Virus record (IMG/VR): IMGVR_UViG_2061766007_000968
Coordinates: 1-64,000 of that record
DNA length: 64,000 nucleotides
Source: an uncultured virus (IMG/VR IMGVR_UViG_2061766007_000968)
Taxonomy: Duplodnaviria > Heunggongvirae > Uroviricota > Caudoviricetes
Strand: one strand, 5' to 3'
Made by a program: the position numbers and the translations under genes. The notes below the pieces were generated by a model, which worked only from the letters and a program-made list of their open reading frames with translations, was not told the DNA's origin and made no database searches. Shown here piece by piece: positions 9,827-18,869 of the stretch. How positions within the stretch are numbered: position 1 is the stretch's first letter; every line of letters begins with the position of its first letter.

Positions 9827-10240
9827 ATGACCATCCGCAAGATTCATATCCGGGACTGGCAGATTGCTTTCTACTTTTCTTTCGACGCCTATGATATAGG
9901 GATTATCAAGGACGCTCTTATCTTGGCGGACGCTCCCGCTTCTATCATTCGACAGGCGTTAGAAAGCGTCAGTTCCGGAAACCTTAATGAGGGATTCTGC
10001 TTCAGTAATCCAAAACTACGCAAAAGTGTTATTGGGGTAAGCAACTCCATCTCTGGACCAGAATTCCTCAATACAACTATCCATGAGATAGCGCATGTTT
10101 CAATGCACATCGCTGAAGAGGATAGAATAGACCCATATAGTGAGGAGTTGGCCTATCTTATGGGAGATATATCTCGCGACATATCTTATGTTGTTTGCGA
10201 ACTGTCCTGCCCAAATTGCGGGCATAGAAAAGTTCTTTGA
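9827..10240 (+). CDS. Putative HExxH zinc metallopeptidase-like protein
   Basis: TTIHEIAH motif, downstream EELAYL, C-terminal CPNC. Confidence 0.6.
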   Translation: MTIRKIHIRDWQIAFYFSFDAYDIGIIKDALILADAPASIIRQALESVSSGNLNEGFCFSNPKLRKSVIGVSNSISGPEFLNTTIHEIAHVSMHIAEEDRIDPYSEELAYLMGDISRDISYVVCELSCPNCGHRKVL

Positions 10241-10258
10241 AAATCTGGAAGAAATAGT

Positions 10259-10365
10259 TACCTTTGTGGTAGCGAGATAGGCGGGAGTCATGACCCGCCG
10301 ACAAGGGTAAGCTAATCGCCTTTCTCGCTTTCTTATTGATTAGCGTAACATAAAAATGATTAGCA
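10259..10365 (+). promoter_or_regulatory. Bacteroidetes-type promoter (TACCTTTG) plus structured leader of an HNH gene
   Basis: TAnnTTTG at 10259-10266; hairpin ggcggg-agtcatga-cccgcc competes with the agcgagataggcg/cgcctttctcgct pairing. Confidence 0.6.
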
Positions 10366-10911
10366 ATGGAAGAAGAAAAATGGAGGCCAATTCCGTTTTA
10401 CGATGGCATGTACGATGTTTCAAATTTTGGCAATGTCCGTTCTCATAAGTACGGAAGAACAACAACATTGAAGCAGGGAACAGATAGATACGGATATAAA
10501 ACTGTTGTTCTAAGCGCCGGCGGGAAACAGAAAACATATCGGGTGCATAGGCTTGTTGCTTGCGCTTTTATACCAAAAAGAGAAGGTCGTGATTTTATTG
10601 ACCACATAGACACAAACAAGAGCAATAATCATTACTCAAATTTGCGATGGGTTACTAAAAGCGAGAACAACAGAAATCCAATAACATATCAGAAGTTTCT
10701 TGATAAAACTTCTAATAGAGACCAAGCGATATGTGATAGATATAGAGTCCCAGTATATCAATATACTTTTGATAGATATTTTGTTAAAAAGTATCCGAGC
10801 ATTACAGCTGCTGCTATGGAAAATAATCTTATGAAAAGTGGTATTCGGTTTGTAATTCGCGGAAAGTACAAAAAATGTGGAGGATTCATCTGGACGACAT
10901 CTCCTTTATAA
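10366..10911 (+). CDS. NUMOD4-HNH homing endonuclease
   Basis: EKWRPIP.Y.G.YDVSNFGNVRS, VHRLVA.AFI, IDHIDTNKSNNHYSNLRW; C-terminal NUMOD1-like region; AT-rich. Confidence 0.9.
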   Translation: MEEEKWRPIPFYDGMYDVSNFGNVRSHKYGRTTTLKQGTDRYGYKTVVLSAGGKQKTYRVHRLVACAFIPKREGRDFIDHIDTNKSNNHYSNLRWVTKSENNRNPITYQKFLDKTSNRDQAICDRYRVPVYQYTFDRYFVKKYPSITAAAMENNLMKSGIRFVIRGKYKKCGGFIWTTSPL

Positions 10912-10949
10912 AGAAAGATTAAGGTTGAGCCGGCAAGTTGGCGACCTTA

Positions 10950-10998
10950 AAAGCTCCTCGAGGGTTATTGCGGTTTTCCTTCGAGGAGCTTTCTTTTT
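10950..10998. terminator. Bidirectional terminator at the convergent + / - junction
   Basis: aaagctcctcgaggg / ccttcgaggagcttt inverted repeat with A and T tracts. Confidence 0.75.
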
Positions 10999-11311
10999 AT
11001 TTCGTGAGACGATTCGCGATGCTCTCGATCTCCTCGTCGCTGAAAGAACCGGACTCGCGCATGGCGGTGCAGCAGTCCTTCACGGACGCATACGGGGCGA
11101 AATCGCGGGCCTCAAAGGCGAGAGAGTACAACCGAGCCAACGGCGTTTTTGTCATAAAACAGAAAAACTCTACCGTTGATTTCTTGGGTACCACTCGGTT
11201 GTTCTCAATCTTCCATATGGATGTCGGCGTACATCCCAATTTCTTTGCCAGCTCCGGGCGGGATAATCCGTTCTCCTCCCGAATGATTTTCATTGCTTTA
11301 CCGATGTTCAT
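10997..11311 (-). CDS. XRE-family HTH regulator
   Basis: IREENGLSRPELAKKLGCTPTSIWKIENN. Confidence 0.85.
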   Translation of the reverse strand: MNIGKAMKIIREENGLSRPELAKKLGCTPTSIWKIENNRVVPKKSTVEFFCFMTKTPLARLYSLAFEARDFAPYASVKDCCTAMRESGSFSDEEIESIANRLTK

Positions 11312-11960
11312 TTTCTTGTGTATAATCTTCTTTTATCCAATTTACAATTGATTTTGTCATAGCAGCGACGCATTTCTGGAACTTCTCGTAATGCTTCTCC
11401 GACACGCTCTCCCCGTCCCCGTAAAGCCTTTCGGTGAGGGAGACGGTGTACTTTAGGATTCCGTCTATGTCCCTGTCGGTATCCGGCTTGGTATAGAGGA
11501 CTCCCCTCATCGTGAACCCCGCTTTCTTCCAGGTGCGCTGGTAGAAGCCCTGCGCCTCCGAAGCGAATCGGTTCACGAGCCAGATGTCGGCGATCTTGGT
11601 TTGGATGTCAATGGGCTCGTCATCGCAGCAGTCCATCATGGCAATCCGTGACCGCTCAACGTCGTTCTTGATGTACTCACGCAGCTCGTCGCTCTTGTCC
11701 CCAAGGTATTCCCTCTGCTCGAGTGTGAACGGGGCGAGGAATCTGGTGAAGAAGGAGTCGTAGAGGGCGGACATCTTCTTGACGATGACCTTGGCGTCGT
11801 GCTTGAGCGGGAGGGTCTTGATGTGATGCCGGAATATGTCGTAGGACGCGTCGGCAAGGAAGTAGTGACTTAACGAAGTGAGGACATTCAGGTCGCCCGT
11901 CACGCTCTTGACCCCACGGAAGCGGTTGTAGGTTTGGTTTATCTCGGCGTTGGTGGTCAT
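11298..11960 (-). CDS. Hypothetical protein
   Basis: 220 aa ORF overlapping its neighbours in an operon. Confidence 0.75.
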   Translation of the reverse strand: MTTNAEINQTYNRFRGVKSVTGDLNVLTSLSHYFLADASYDIFRHHIKTLPLKHDAKVIVKKMSALYDSFFTRFLAPFTLEQREYLGDKSDELREYIKNDVERSRIAMMDCCDDEPIDIQTKIADIWLVNRFASEAQGFYQRTWKKAGFTMRGVLYTKPDTDRDIDGILKYTVSLTERLYGDGESVSEKHYEKFQKCVAAMTKSIVNWIKEDYTQENEHR

Positions 11961-12181
11961 AGTTCCTTGCAGGTTACAGTCTTTTCGGCGTCAATCCGCA
12001 AGCGGTATGTTACCTGTTTTACACATTCTCCGATGAAACCAGGGATGAACTCCGTCCAAATGGCCTCGTTCTCCCTCCCGTTAGTGTCGAGAATCCTGTC
12101 CAGCATCTTGTGCAGGATTTCCCTATCTGTTAATTCTGCTAAACTTTCCATATCATTCAAATATCTAAGCTCAATGTCCAT
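11957..12181 (-). CDS. Hypothetical protein
   Basis: 74 aa, coupled to its neighbours. Confidence 0.6.
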   Translation of the reverse strand: MDIELRYLNDMESLAELTDREILHKMLDRILDTNGRENEAIWTEFIPGFIGECVKQVTYRLRIDAEKTVTCKEL

Positions 12182-12641
12182 ATTCGATGAGTTTTGATCG
12201 TATCAGTTCGTAGTTTTCAATCAATTCAAGGTTCTTCAGAACGGTTTCCTTATAGTAAGGCGACTTGTTGTGGAGATAGATAGCCTTATCCAAGTCCCTT
12301 TCCTTGTTGTAGTGGCTCTGGATGGCCTCGAACATGGCGAGTGAGGAATCTATGTCAAAAGCGTCTTCGTGCCTGAAATTCGCCCCGGAAACGCGGTTTG
12401 CCTCGGAGCAATATACCGGGGTTATTTGCAGGCATCCGAAATCTTGTGCGCTCCCAACGGCATCTGTTTTGAATTTGCTCTCGGTGTAGGAGATGGCGAG
12501 GATCAACTTCCCCCATTCGGAGAGTTCCTCCTTGTGCTGATTCCTCAAGAGTTCCACGGCAGACCAGTGGGGTGGCTCTACCGGCTCGGGCTTTGGTGTG
12601 CAGCCCGCCAAGAGGCTAATCAGTATCAGTATTTTTTTCAT
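12171..12641 (-). CDS. Lipoprotein with lytic transglycosylase (SLT/lysozyme-like) domain
   Basis: Start MKKILILISLLAGC (lipobox); AISYTES..AVG..GCLQIT catalytic pattern. The longer ORF in the track overlaps the methyltransferase. Confidence 0.7.
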   Translation of the reverse strand: MKKILILISLLAGCTPKPEPVEPPHWSAVELLRNQHKEELSEWGKLILAISYTESKFKTDAVGSAQDFGCLQITPVYCSEANRVSGANFRHEDAFDIDSSLAMFEAIQSHYNKERDLDKAIYLHNKSPYYKETVLKNLELIENYELIRSKLIEYGH

Positions 12642-12652
12642 GTTTCTTCGTG

Positions 12653-13102
12653 TTAAAAAACTACAACCATCGAGGGAAATGGTGCTCCCTGCGGACTCTC
12701 GTTGAAATGCAACCGGCCTCGGATGAAACGAATCTCCTTTGCCTTTCCGTAGATGTAATCGTGGAAGTAGGCCGTGTCCGTCCGGGCCGGTATGAGCATG
12801 ACCACGACCTCGCAGTTCTTGCTTTCCTCGTAGCACTTCTTGACCCACTTGCCGATTTCCCTTCCGTATGGAGGATTGCAGAACACTCTCTGCCCCCCCC
12901 ATTCTTGCGTAAGTCCGTCATCTTCAATAGTATAGAAATTCCCGCACTTGGCGTTTTCGGATGTAGCGCAAGGGTCAAGAGTGAAGTGGAATTCTGCGTC
13001 CAGGGCCTCGAAGAACGCCTTCGGGGTCGCCCATTCGTTGCTATTCGACGAAAATAGTCCGGCGTTAATCATCTTTCTTGTCCTCCTTGATTTCGGCATC
13101 AA
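12653..13102 (-). CDS. Phage DNA N6-adenine methyltransferase
   Basis: EWATP..F..LD.EF.FTLDPCA, FCNPPYG, MLIPARTDT.YFH, GRL.F..APFPS. Confidence 0.9.
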   Translation of the reverse strand: MMPKSRRTRKMINAGLFSSNSNEWATPKAFFEALDAEFHFTLDPCATSENAKCGNFYTIEDDGLTQEWGGQRVFCNPPYGREIGKWVKKCYEESKNCEVVVMLIPARTDTAYFHDYIYGKAKEIRFIRGRLHFNESPQGAPFPSMVVVF

Positions 13103-13231
13103 TGACGATGCTCCTGTTACCGGCGGTTAATGTGAATATGGCTATAATGAGCCCTATGAAGGCGACTCCAGCAAAGAGCAGGATGACCAGCACGATCGCC
13201 AAGATAATTTTACCTACCATAACTATTCTTC

Positions 13232-13675
13232 TTAATTGCCCCTAAATAAATCCGCATCTTCAAGAGTCCAGTGCAGGACTTTTACTGCCGGTCTATACCC
13301 GACATGCGGAGGATTCTTGAAGTGGTACTCCTTGTCGAGCAGCAGAGCTTGTTTCATCTCCAATCCGTTGCAGCCGTGGGATTTCAGCAGTACGTCCATC
13401 TGCTTTTCACGGATGAGGGCGAAAGGGTGGCCTTGTTCGTCCCATTCGGTTATCTCGGGGAGGAAGTCGCCCGGCTCGAAGCACCAGCCATATAGCACAT
13501 ATTCATGCTCCGTTTTTACGATTCCGGTGATGATATAATGCTCCTCGCAATCTTCATCATAGCCTTCATCGGAAGCCCACTTCCCATTGAGGGTTATTTT
13601 GTCGCATCTTCCCGGATCGTAGTTCCAGAGGACGCACCCGATGAGTTCATTCGGGTATTTCAGTTCTCTTTTCAT
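13232..13675 (-). CDS. Hypothetical protein
   Basis: 147 aa ORF in the - strand operon. Confidence 0.65.
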   Translation of the reverse strand: MKRELKYPNELIGCVLWNYDPGRCDKITLNGKWASDEGYDEDCEEHYIITGIVKTEHEYVLYGWCFEPGDFLPEITEWDEQGHPFALIREKQMDVLLKSHGCNGLEMKQALLLDKEYHFKNPPHVGYRPAVKVLHWTLEDADLFRGN

Positions 13676-14058
13676 CTTGGTTCGTATTTAAGTTTCCCAC
13701 TTTTAACCATGTCAGCGATGCCTTCCGTGTCGTAGAGCCACACGGGACGCCTTCCTTGTTTCCCAAGCTCGCACAAGCCCTCCAGCCTGCCGCGCTTGCG
13801 GAGGTACGGGAACAAGTTGCCGTAGAACTGAATCCAGAGGTTCATGTCATTAAGCCGTCTCGCCGCCAGCCTCGCACAAAGCCATGTCTCTTCCGACTCC
13901 TTGGTCTGGATAATCAGGTTCTGTCTTCCGTCAGCGAAGGGAAGCACCCATGCGCCCGTCGGGATGTAGTCATCTATGCCAGGAGACTGAATCCATATCT
14001 CCGCATCGTCCTTCGCCTGCTTGAAGGCGGGCAGTTCAAGAAATTCCTTTTTTGTCAT
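13672..14058 (-). CDS. Hypothetical protein
   Basis: 128 aa, 4-nt overlap with the next gene. Confidence 0.65.
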   Translation of the reverse strand: MTKKEFLELPAFKQAKDDAEIWIQSPGIDDYIPTGAWVLPFADGRQNLIIQTKESEETWLCARLAARRLNDMNLWIQFYGNLFPYLRKRGRLEGLCELGKQGRRPVWLYDTEGIADMVKSGKLKYEPR

Positions 14059-14329
14059 TTAGAATGGCTTTTAACTTGTCTTTCTTTATCATAAGTTCTG
14101 ACCTCAAGCACTCCTGCCTTGTGTATCTCTCCACGGCATCCACGAGGTCTTTGGCAGCGGATATAATAGCAATTGGGTGAACAGTTATACCAGGACGATT
14201 CACACCCTCCCACGGTTTTGTGTCAGTAGTGGTTACTATTTCCACCCTTTCAGTTTTCTCTCCATTCGGACATCCACCAAGCGGAGTCCTCATGCAGCAT
14301 TCATATAATCCACATTCAGCGCATCTCAT
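14036..14329 (-). CDS. Hypothetical protein with Cys-rich N-terminus
   Basis: CxxC..CC..CP pattern; coupled start. Confidence 0.6.
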   Translation of the reverse strand: MRCAECGLYECCMRTPLGGCPNGEKTERVEIVTTTDTKPWEGVNRPGITVHPIAIISAAKDLVDAVERYTRQECLRSELMIKKDKLKAILNDKKGIS

Positions 14330-14709
14330 TTCTTTTCCTCCTCTTTTTTAATGATTATCTTCGGAATATCAACACCATCGCATCTCAAAGTTGGACTCCG
14401 ATAAACATTGTCTATTCCTTCATTGACTGTGAGGGCGTGTAGCATCTCCCGATAGATGGCATAGGTCGCTGCCTGGAAGTGCGAAAAGGCTTCATTCGGA
14501 TGCCCTCCGCTCCACTTGTAGCTCTGGTTGAAAGACAGCTCCGGGAAGGCTTGTTCTTTCAGTTTCAAGAACAACTCACGGTCTATCTTTTTTGGTACAA
14601 TTCCGTCAAGTTCTTCAACCTGCCCGGCGGAAATCCGATGCACAGATTCCACGCAAAGAGCGATGAGGCTGTATTGTTCCTCGGTCAGTTCAAGGATGTA
14701 CTTCTTCAT
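14326..14709 (-). CDS. Hypothetical protein
   Basis: 127 aa; LELTEEQ..RISAGQ pattern. Confidence 0.7.
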   Translation of the reverse strand: MKKYILELTEEQYSLIALCVESVHRISAGQVEELDGIVPKKIDRELFLKLKEQAFPELSFNQSYKWSGGHPNEAFSHFQAATYAIYREMLHALTVNEGIDNVYRSPTLRCDGVDIPKIIIKKEEEKK

Positions 14710-14713
14710 ATCT

Positions 14714-15016
14714 CTATTTGTTTTTCATTTCACGGAATCTGCGTAGGACTTCTTCATAGAACTTTTGCCCATAAGGGAACGGAAGGTCTTGTTCGATTAA
14801 ATCGTCATCCCTTGCTGCGCTATTCTCCGTGTCAACTTGATAGAACAGGCCGTTGATGGTTTGGAGGTCTTCCCAGGTTAGCGCAAGGTCTTTCTCGGCT
14901 TGCATGTAACCTTGGATATATCCATTCTTCCGGTTGACCATTGATATTACCCGGTCTATCCCGGAACCTCTGTTGACGGGACATGCTTTGTCCGCTTTTT
15001 CTACTGCTTTGCTCAT
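14714..15016 (-). CDS. Hypothetical modular protein (GYxQAEKD)
   Basis: 100 aa; shares the GYxQAEKD module with the next gene. Confidence 0.7.
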   Translation of the reverse strand: MSKAVEKADKACPVNRGSGIDRVISMVNRKNGYIQGYMQAEKDLALTWEDLQTINGLFYQVDTENSAARDDDLIEQDLPFPYGQKFYEEVLRRFREMKNK

Positions 15017-15303
15017 AATTCTTCCTCCATCGCTTTTGTAAGGTCATCAATGAAAGCCTTTTCAAGAAAGACAGTCATAAGATTACCTTCTTCATCGTTT
15101 TGTATGTCGGTGTAGATATATGCGTTCTTCCTTACCCAATCAATGACTCTCTCTATGGTATCTTTCTCGGCCTGCTCGTAGCCTCTTTCACAGGCCCTTC
15201 TACAAGCTAATGTCACTCTCCTATCCTCAAAAATACTGCGTTCCATTGGGCCGCTTGACTCTGGATATAATCTGAGCGCCGCTTCTTCACTTCTCTTGCT
15301 CAT
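15013..15303 (-). CDS. Hypothetical modular protein (GYEQAEKD)
   Basis: 96 aa, coupled. Confidence 0.7.
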   Translation of the reverse strand: MSKRSEEAALRLYPESSGPMERSIFEDRRVTLACRRACERGYEQAEKDTIERVIDWVRKNAYIYTDIQNDEEGNLMTVFLEKAFIDDLTKAMEEEL

Positions 15304-15527
15304 ATCTCGTTCAGTTCTTTCTTCAATTTGCCAAAAATCATTTTCCCATCGTCCCAGAACTTTTCTTCCTCTTCGATGAGTTCCAGCAGATAGTCCTTGC
15401 GGATGTATTCAACATTCTGTACAGGGTAACCACGCATACCTTTTATTTTCGGCTCGGTGTGCCAATCCTTGCAGGGTTCATCGTCAAACGAATACCCGTG
15501 AAGGTAAATCTTGTCCGGTGCTTTCAT
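15300..15527 (-). CDS. Hypothetical protein (APDKIYL..EYIRKD)
   Basis: 75 aa, coupled. Confidence 0.7.
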   Translation of the reverse strand: MKAPDKIYLHGYSFDDEPCKDWHTEPKIKGMRGYPVQNVEYIRKDYLLELIEEEEKFWDDGKMIFGKLKKELNEI

Positions 15528-15530
15528 ATC

Positions 15531-15962
15531 CTAAAGTGTTATTTCTTTTTCAATCCCGCACAAGCGAAGGGCATGCTGGAGTTGGTGGACATACTTGATA
15601 TACCGAGCGCAATCTCCAATTTTAAGCGAAAAATCGGCATCATAAATAGCCAATAAAGAAACTGACGGAGCAAGATAATAAGTGAAATGCCGCTGCTCCC
15701 CCATAAGTCTGGATTTGCTGAACCCGTTCTTCTCCAGGATTTCGGGAGTGAGAGGGATGGGGTCAAGATAATCGCACCAGATTCCTCCAGAAAGCCAAGG
15801 GTCTCCCACCGCTTCACAACGAGCACAACCCTTCAGCCCTTTCTCACGGAAAGTATTCTCGGAATCAATCTCCGTCACTCTTACTATTTTCCCTTCCGGT
15901 ATGCAGAGGCGGTCTCTATTCACGCGGAGATAATCTCCAACCATTAGCTCGTCTGCCTTCAT
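15531..15962 (-). CDS. Hypothetical protein (ELMVGD..PIPLTPEILEKNGF..YVHQLQHAL)
   Basis: Motif set recalled from Bacteroidales phage accessory genes. Confidence 0.75.
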   Translation of the reverse strand: MKADELMVGDYLRVNRDRLCIPEGKIVRVTEIDSENTFREKGLKGCARCEAVGDPWLSGGIWCDYLDPIPLTPEILEKNGFSKSRLMGEQRHFTYYLAPSVSLLAIYDADFSLKIGDCARYIKYVHQLQHALRLCGIEKEITL

Positions 15963-15964
15963 AT

Positions 15965-16375
15965 CTATTTCTCCTCCTTGATTACAATTACCTTAACCTT
16001 GTCGCCATCAGTTAATTTAAACACCGGCTTGAGTCCCATTGTTGGATCAAGGTCTATATATCTCCCATCTCCAAAATTTATGAACTGTCCATCATCTTGC
16101 ACAATTCCTTCCACCGCCTTCTCCATCATCTTGGTCTTCTGCTACTTCGCTCCGGCGATGAATGCCGCTTTATGTGGATAGTTTGGCGCTTCCCACGCCC
16201 AAGACATCATTTCATTATACTTCTCTGCCGCTTCCTCCAGCCCTTCGGGGAATTCTTGTTCTTCCACAAGTATCTGTACGGCTTCTCTTGCTTCAACAGG
16301 TAAGAGCGGAACACCACTGGGCGTTTTCGCATTCACAAGATCTAATAGTAATTCTTTTGCTTCTTCGCGATTCAT
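15965..16375 (-). pseudogene. Accessory gene interrupted by one in-frame TAG
   Basis: Reads ...AFIAGAK*QKTKMMEKAVEG...GDKVKVIVIKEEK*; the internal TAG is at 16142-16144 and the same frame stays open to 15965. Confidence 0.55.
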
Positions 16376-16589
16376 ATTCTTATTTCTTTACATTAATCTT
16401 ATTCGCAGAGCATCTTGAACGGCCTGAAGATACGCGCAATAAAGAGCATCACGGAAATATGCTGGCTCTCCTTTGCTGTGAGAAAGAGCATATTCAACCG
16501 CTTTGTCTCTCCAAAATTGTATTTGTTCTTCGTGTTCTGTCATATTCTATTTCTTTAAGTGTATCCTACTACAATTTGTAGCACGTTCA

Positions 16590-16820
16590 TCAATCCGGGT
16601 CGCCTCCATCATTTGATATTCCGAGGATTCTCGCAACAACCGCATCTTGCGTGTGTTTCCCTATCTCACTTTTCTTCAGTACAACAAGTGACCCAGCCCA
16701 ACTGAAAAGCATAAGGTCTTTTCCGTCTTTCTTCCATCGCCTTGCAAGCCGTTCTAATGAACTGATAAGGGAATTTTCCTCGGGCGTACATTGAACGCCG
16801 TTAATCGTTTCGTATTTCAT
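16590..16820 (-). CDS. Hypothetical protein
   Basis: 76 aa ending in NDGGDPD. Confidence 0.65.
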   Translation of the reverse strand: MKYETINGVQCTPEENSLISSLERLARRWKKDGKDLMLFSWAGSLVVLKKSEIGKHTQDAVVARILGISNDGGDPD

Positions 16821-16824
16821 CTCT

Positions 16825-17337
16825 CTATCGTTTTAAGTGTGTTGCTCCCCACTCCGCGAAGTGGCGGGCGATTTCAGATACTGACGGCTCATTGTCGCTG
16901 GAGCATTTCTCGCGGAGATAGCGGCTAATTTCCTCCTCCAGCCCTTGCTCAAAGTCGTGACAATCCGTCACGGGTTGCCTTCCGAGCATCTCCTTGACCT
17001 GCCGTGTAATCTCCTTGCGGACTGTCTTAACAATCTCCTTCACGGCTTTCTTGTCAGCGGCATTTTCATCATCCAATCCAATGAGTTGCTCCGGCTTGAC
17101 ATCCAGCTTGTACTTTGGCGAAGTTGTCGGGATGCCACAAGATTCTGTATAAGTCGGCCCGCTTATCCCAAGAAACGGATTAACTAAGTCCAAGAGGTTC
17201 CGTAAGGTCTCATACTCTGGTACATTTCTCTTGGCAACTCTTCCGCTCCTGGTGTTGCATATCTCGTGCATCCGCTCTTCAATCTTGTCTCGCATCTTCT
17301 TAAAGACTCGGCTGGTTTCTTTGTCTATTAGAGCCAT
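16825..17337 (-). CDS. Hypothetical modular protein
   Basis: 170 aa; LEEEI..IARHFAEWG module. Confidence 0.65.
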   Translation of the reverse strand: MALIDKETSRVFKKMRDKIEERMHEICNTRSGRVAKRNVPEYETLRNLLDLVNPFLGISGPTYTESCGIPTTSPKYKLDVKPEQLIGLDDENAADKKAVKEIVKTVRKEITRQVKEMLGRQPVTDCHDFEQGLEEEISRYLREKCSSDNEPSVSEIARHFAEWGATHLKR

Positions 17338-17338
17338 G

Positions 17339-18595
17339 TTACAATGCTTTTAGTTGTTCGTAGAGCCTACTTGCACCAGGTGTTACCCATCCGCGTTTGT
17401 TTGCATCATCAATGAGTTCCTTGATCGCATCAAGATCTTCCTCGCTGGGTTTCCAATGGGGACGGAGGGAATTGAGCCAAGAGACATAATAATCTATTTC
17501 TCCAACTCCATAAGTATCTTCTGGATTCTTTGATGCCTCAAGGTAACGCACAATTCCATTTATACACTCCTTATCTTCCTCGCTCCATTTTACGGGCTGA
17601 CCACCCGAGGAAGCACAAGTATGCTCAAGCCAGGAGATGATGTCCGACACCGGAATATTACACCATGTTTTCTTCGTCTTGCTCTTGAAGTGTTCAAGCA
17701 TCTTTGCTCTTATTTTGTCCTCCTCGCTCCACTCTGCGGGCTTCTGGATGAACCTGAAACGGGAAGGGATATTATAGCCGTCCGGAGTCTTAACTATCCA
17801 TGCACCCACCGGCACCTCATAGTGACTACCATCCTCACAGAACAGTTTGAGGATGTCGTCATGGCTGTGTACGTAATTCTCGAACTCTGCCCAGGACTTG
17901 AACCACTCGCCGAACTTCGGGCTTTTGCCCGTAAAGTCGATGACTTCCTTCAAGTTCTTTCCGGTCCACTGGATCATTACGGGCTCCTGCGCTCTAACAT
18001 ACTCTCTTGCAGAACTGTCAAACAGCCGGGCGAATCCTTCCCAATAGATGCGTTGTGGCTCATAGTCTATACCTTTTTTCTTCAAAAGAGTTCGGAATCC
18101 CTCAAACTCACCCTTAATGATGTCCACAAGTTCATTATTCTTGAATTGAAAGGGCTTCTGCTCTTTCAGATTTTCGAGGTAGGCAAGAAAATCATCTATC
18201 TGCTTGGCTTCACTAAATGGTGCATTTTTCACATCACCACACTCAAAGCAAAGATAATGAAGTCTTTCCTTTTTATCCTTAAAGTAGTCTAGCATCTCTT
18301 TCCTTATCCTCTCGTCCTCGCTCTCCTTCTCTTTGACGATGACTTTGCCATCCTTGACAATGGCCTCCATACCCTCAGGAATCGTATATTCCCAGCCCTT
18401 CAGTTCAGAGTCTTTTGCCCCGAAAGGGATTTCTATATCTGTTTTCATTTCATTTGTTTTTTTCTTTGACATTAACATTGCACCAAGCAACCCGAAAGCC
18501 GGGCTGAACCCGAAGCTGCCGAAACTTCCACTGCTGAGAATCGATTTTACCAGATCCAGATCGATGGTGTCTTCTTTCTCGTCCATATTGTTCAT
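17339..18595 (-). CDS. Mosaic hypothetical protein with repeated W(S/KPS)EED linkers
   Basis: 418 aa; ESEDERIR, EWSEEDKIR, KWSEEDKE, WKPSEED repeats. Confidence 0.75.
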   Translation of the reverse strand: MNNMDEKEDTIDLDLVKSILSSGSFGSFGFSPAFGLLGAMLMSKKKTNEMKTDIEIPFGAKDSELKGWEYTIPEGMEAIVKDGKVIVKEKESEDERIRKEMLDYFKDKKERLHYLCFECGDVKNAPFSEAKQIDDFLAYLENLKEQKPFQFKNNELVDIIKGEFEGFRTLLKKKGIDYEPQRIYWEGFARLFDSSAREYVRAQEPVMIQWTGKNLKEVIDFTGKSPKFGEWFKSWAEFENYVHSHDDILKLFCEDGSHYEVPVGAWIVKTPDGYNIPSRFRFIQKPAEWSEEDKIRAKMLEHFKSKTKKTWCNIPVSDIISWLEHTCASSGGQPVKWSEEDKECINGIVRYLEASKNPEDTYGVGEIDYYVSWLNSLRPHWKPSEEDLDAIKELIDDANKRGWVTPGASRLYEQLKAL

Positions 18596-18599
18596 TTCT

Positions 18600-18851
18600 T
18601 TAGACTTTCAAGATAATTAAACTCTCGTCAAAATCAGTTTCCTCCTCATTCTCAGTCCACGCCTCTACCGACCAATAGTCAATGACTTTCTCCGCGTAGT
18701 ATCCAAATCCTTCTTCCCACTCCTTCTCGTAATGAAACTCGACATAGATCTCAAATACAACCCCATCATCTTCGAACTCGCCGCGACTCTCATCCATACC
18801 CAAGATGAACTCGCGGAGTCTTTCGTATGTTTCTTCCTTTATGTGCTTCAT
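18600..18851 (-). CDS. Very acidic hypothetical protein
   Basis: 83 aa, dense E/D and aromatic residues. Confidence 0.65.
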   Translation of the reverse strand: MKHIKEETYERLREFILGMDESRGEFEDDGVVFEIYVEFHYEKEWEEGFGYYAEKVIDYWSVEAWTENEEETDFDESLIILKV

Positions 18852-18869
18852 AACTTTTCCGTTTTGTTA

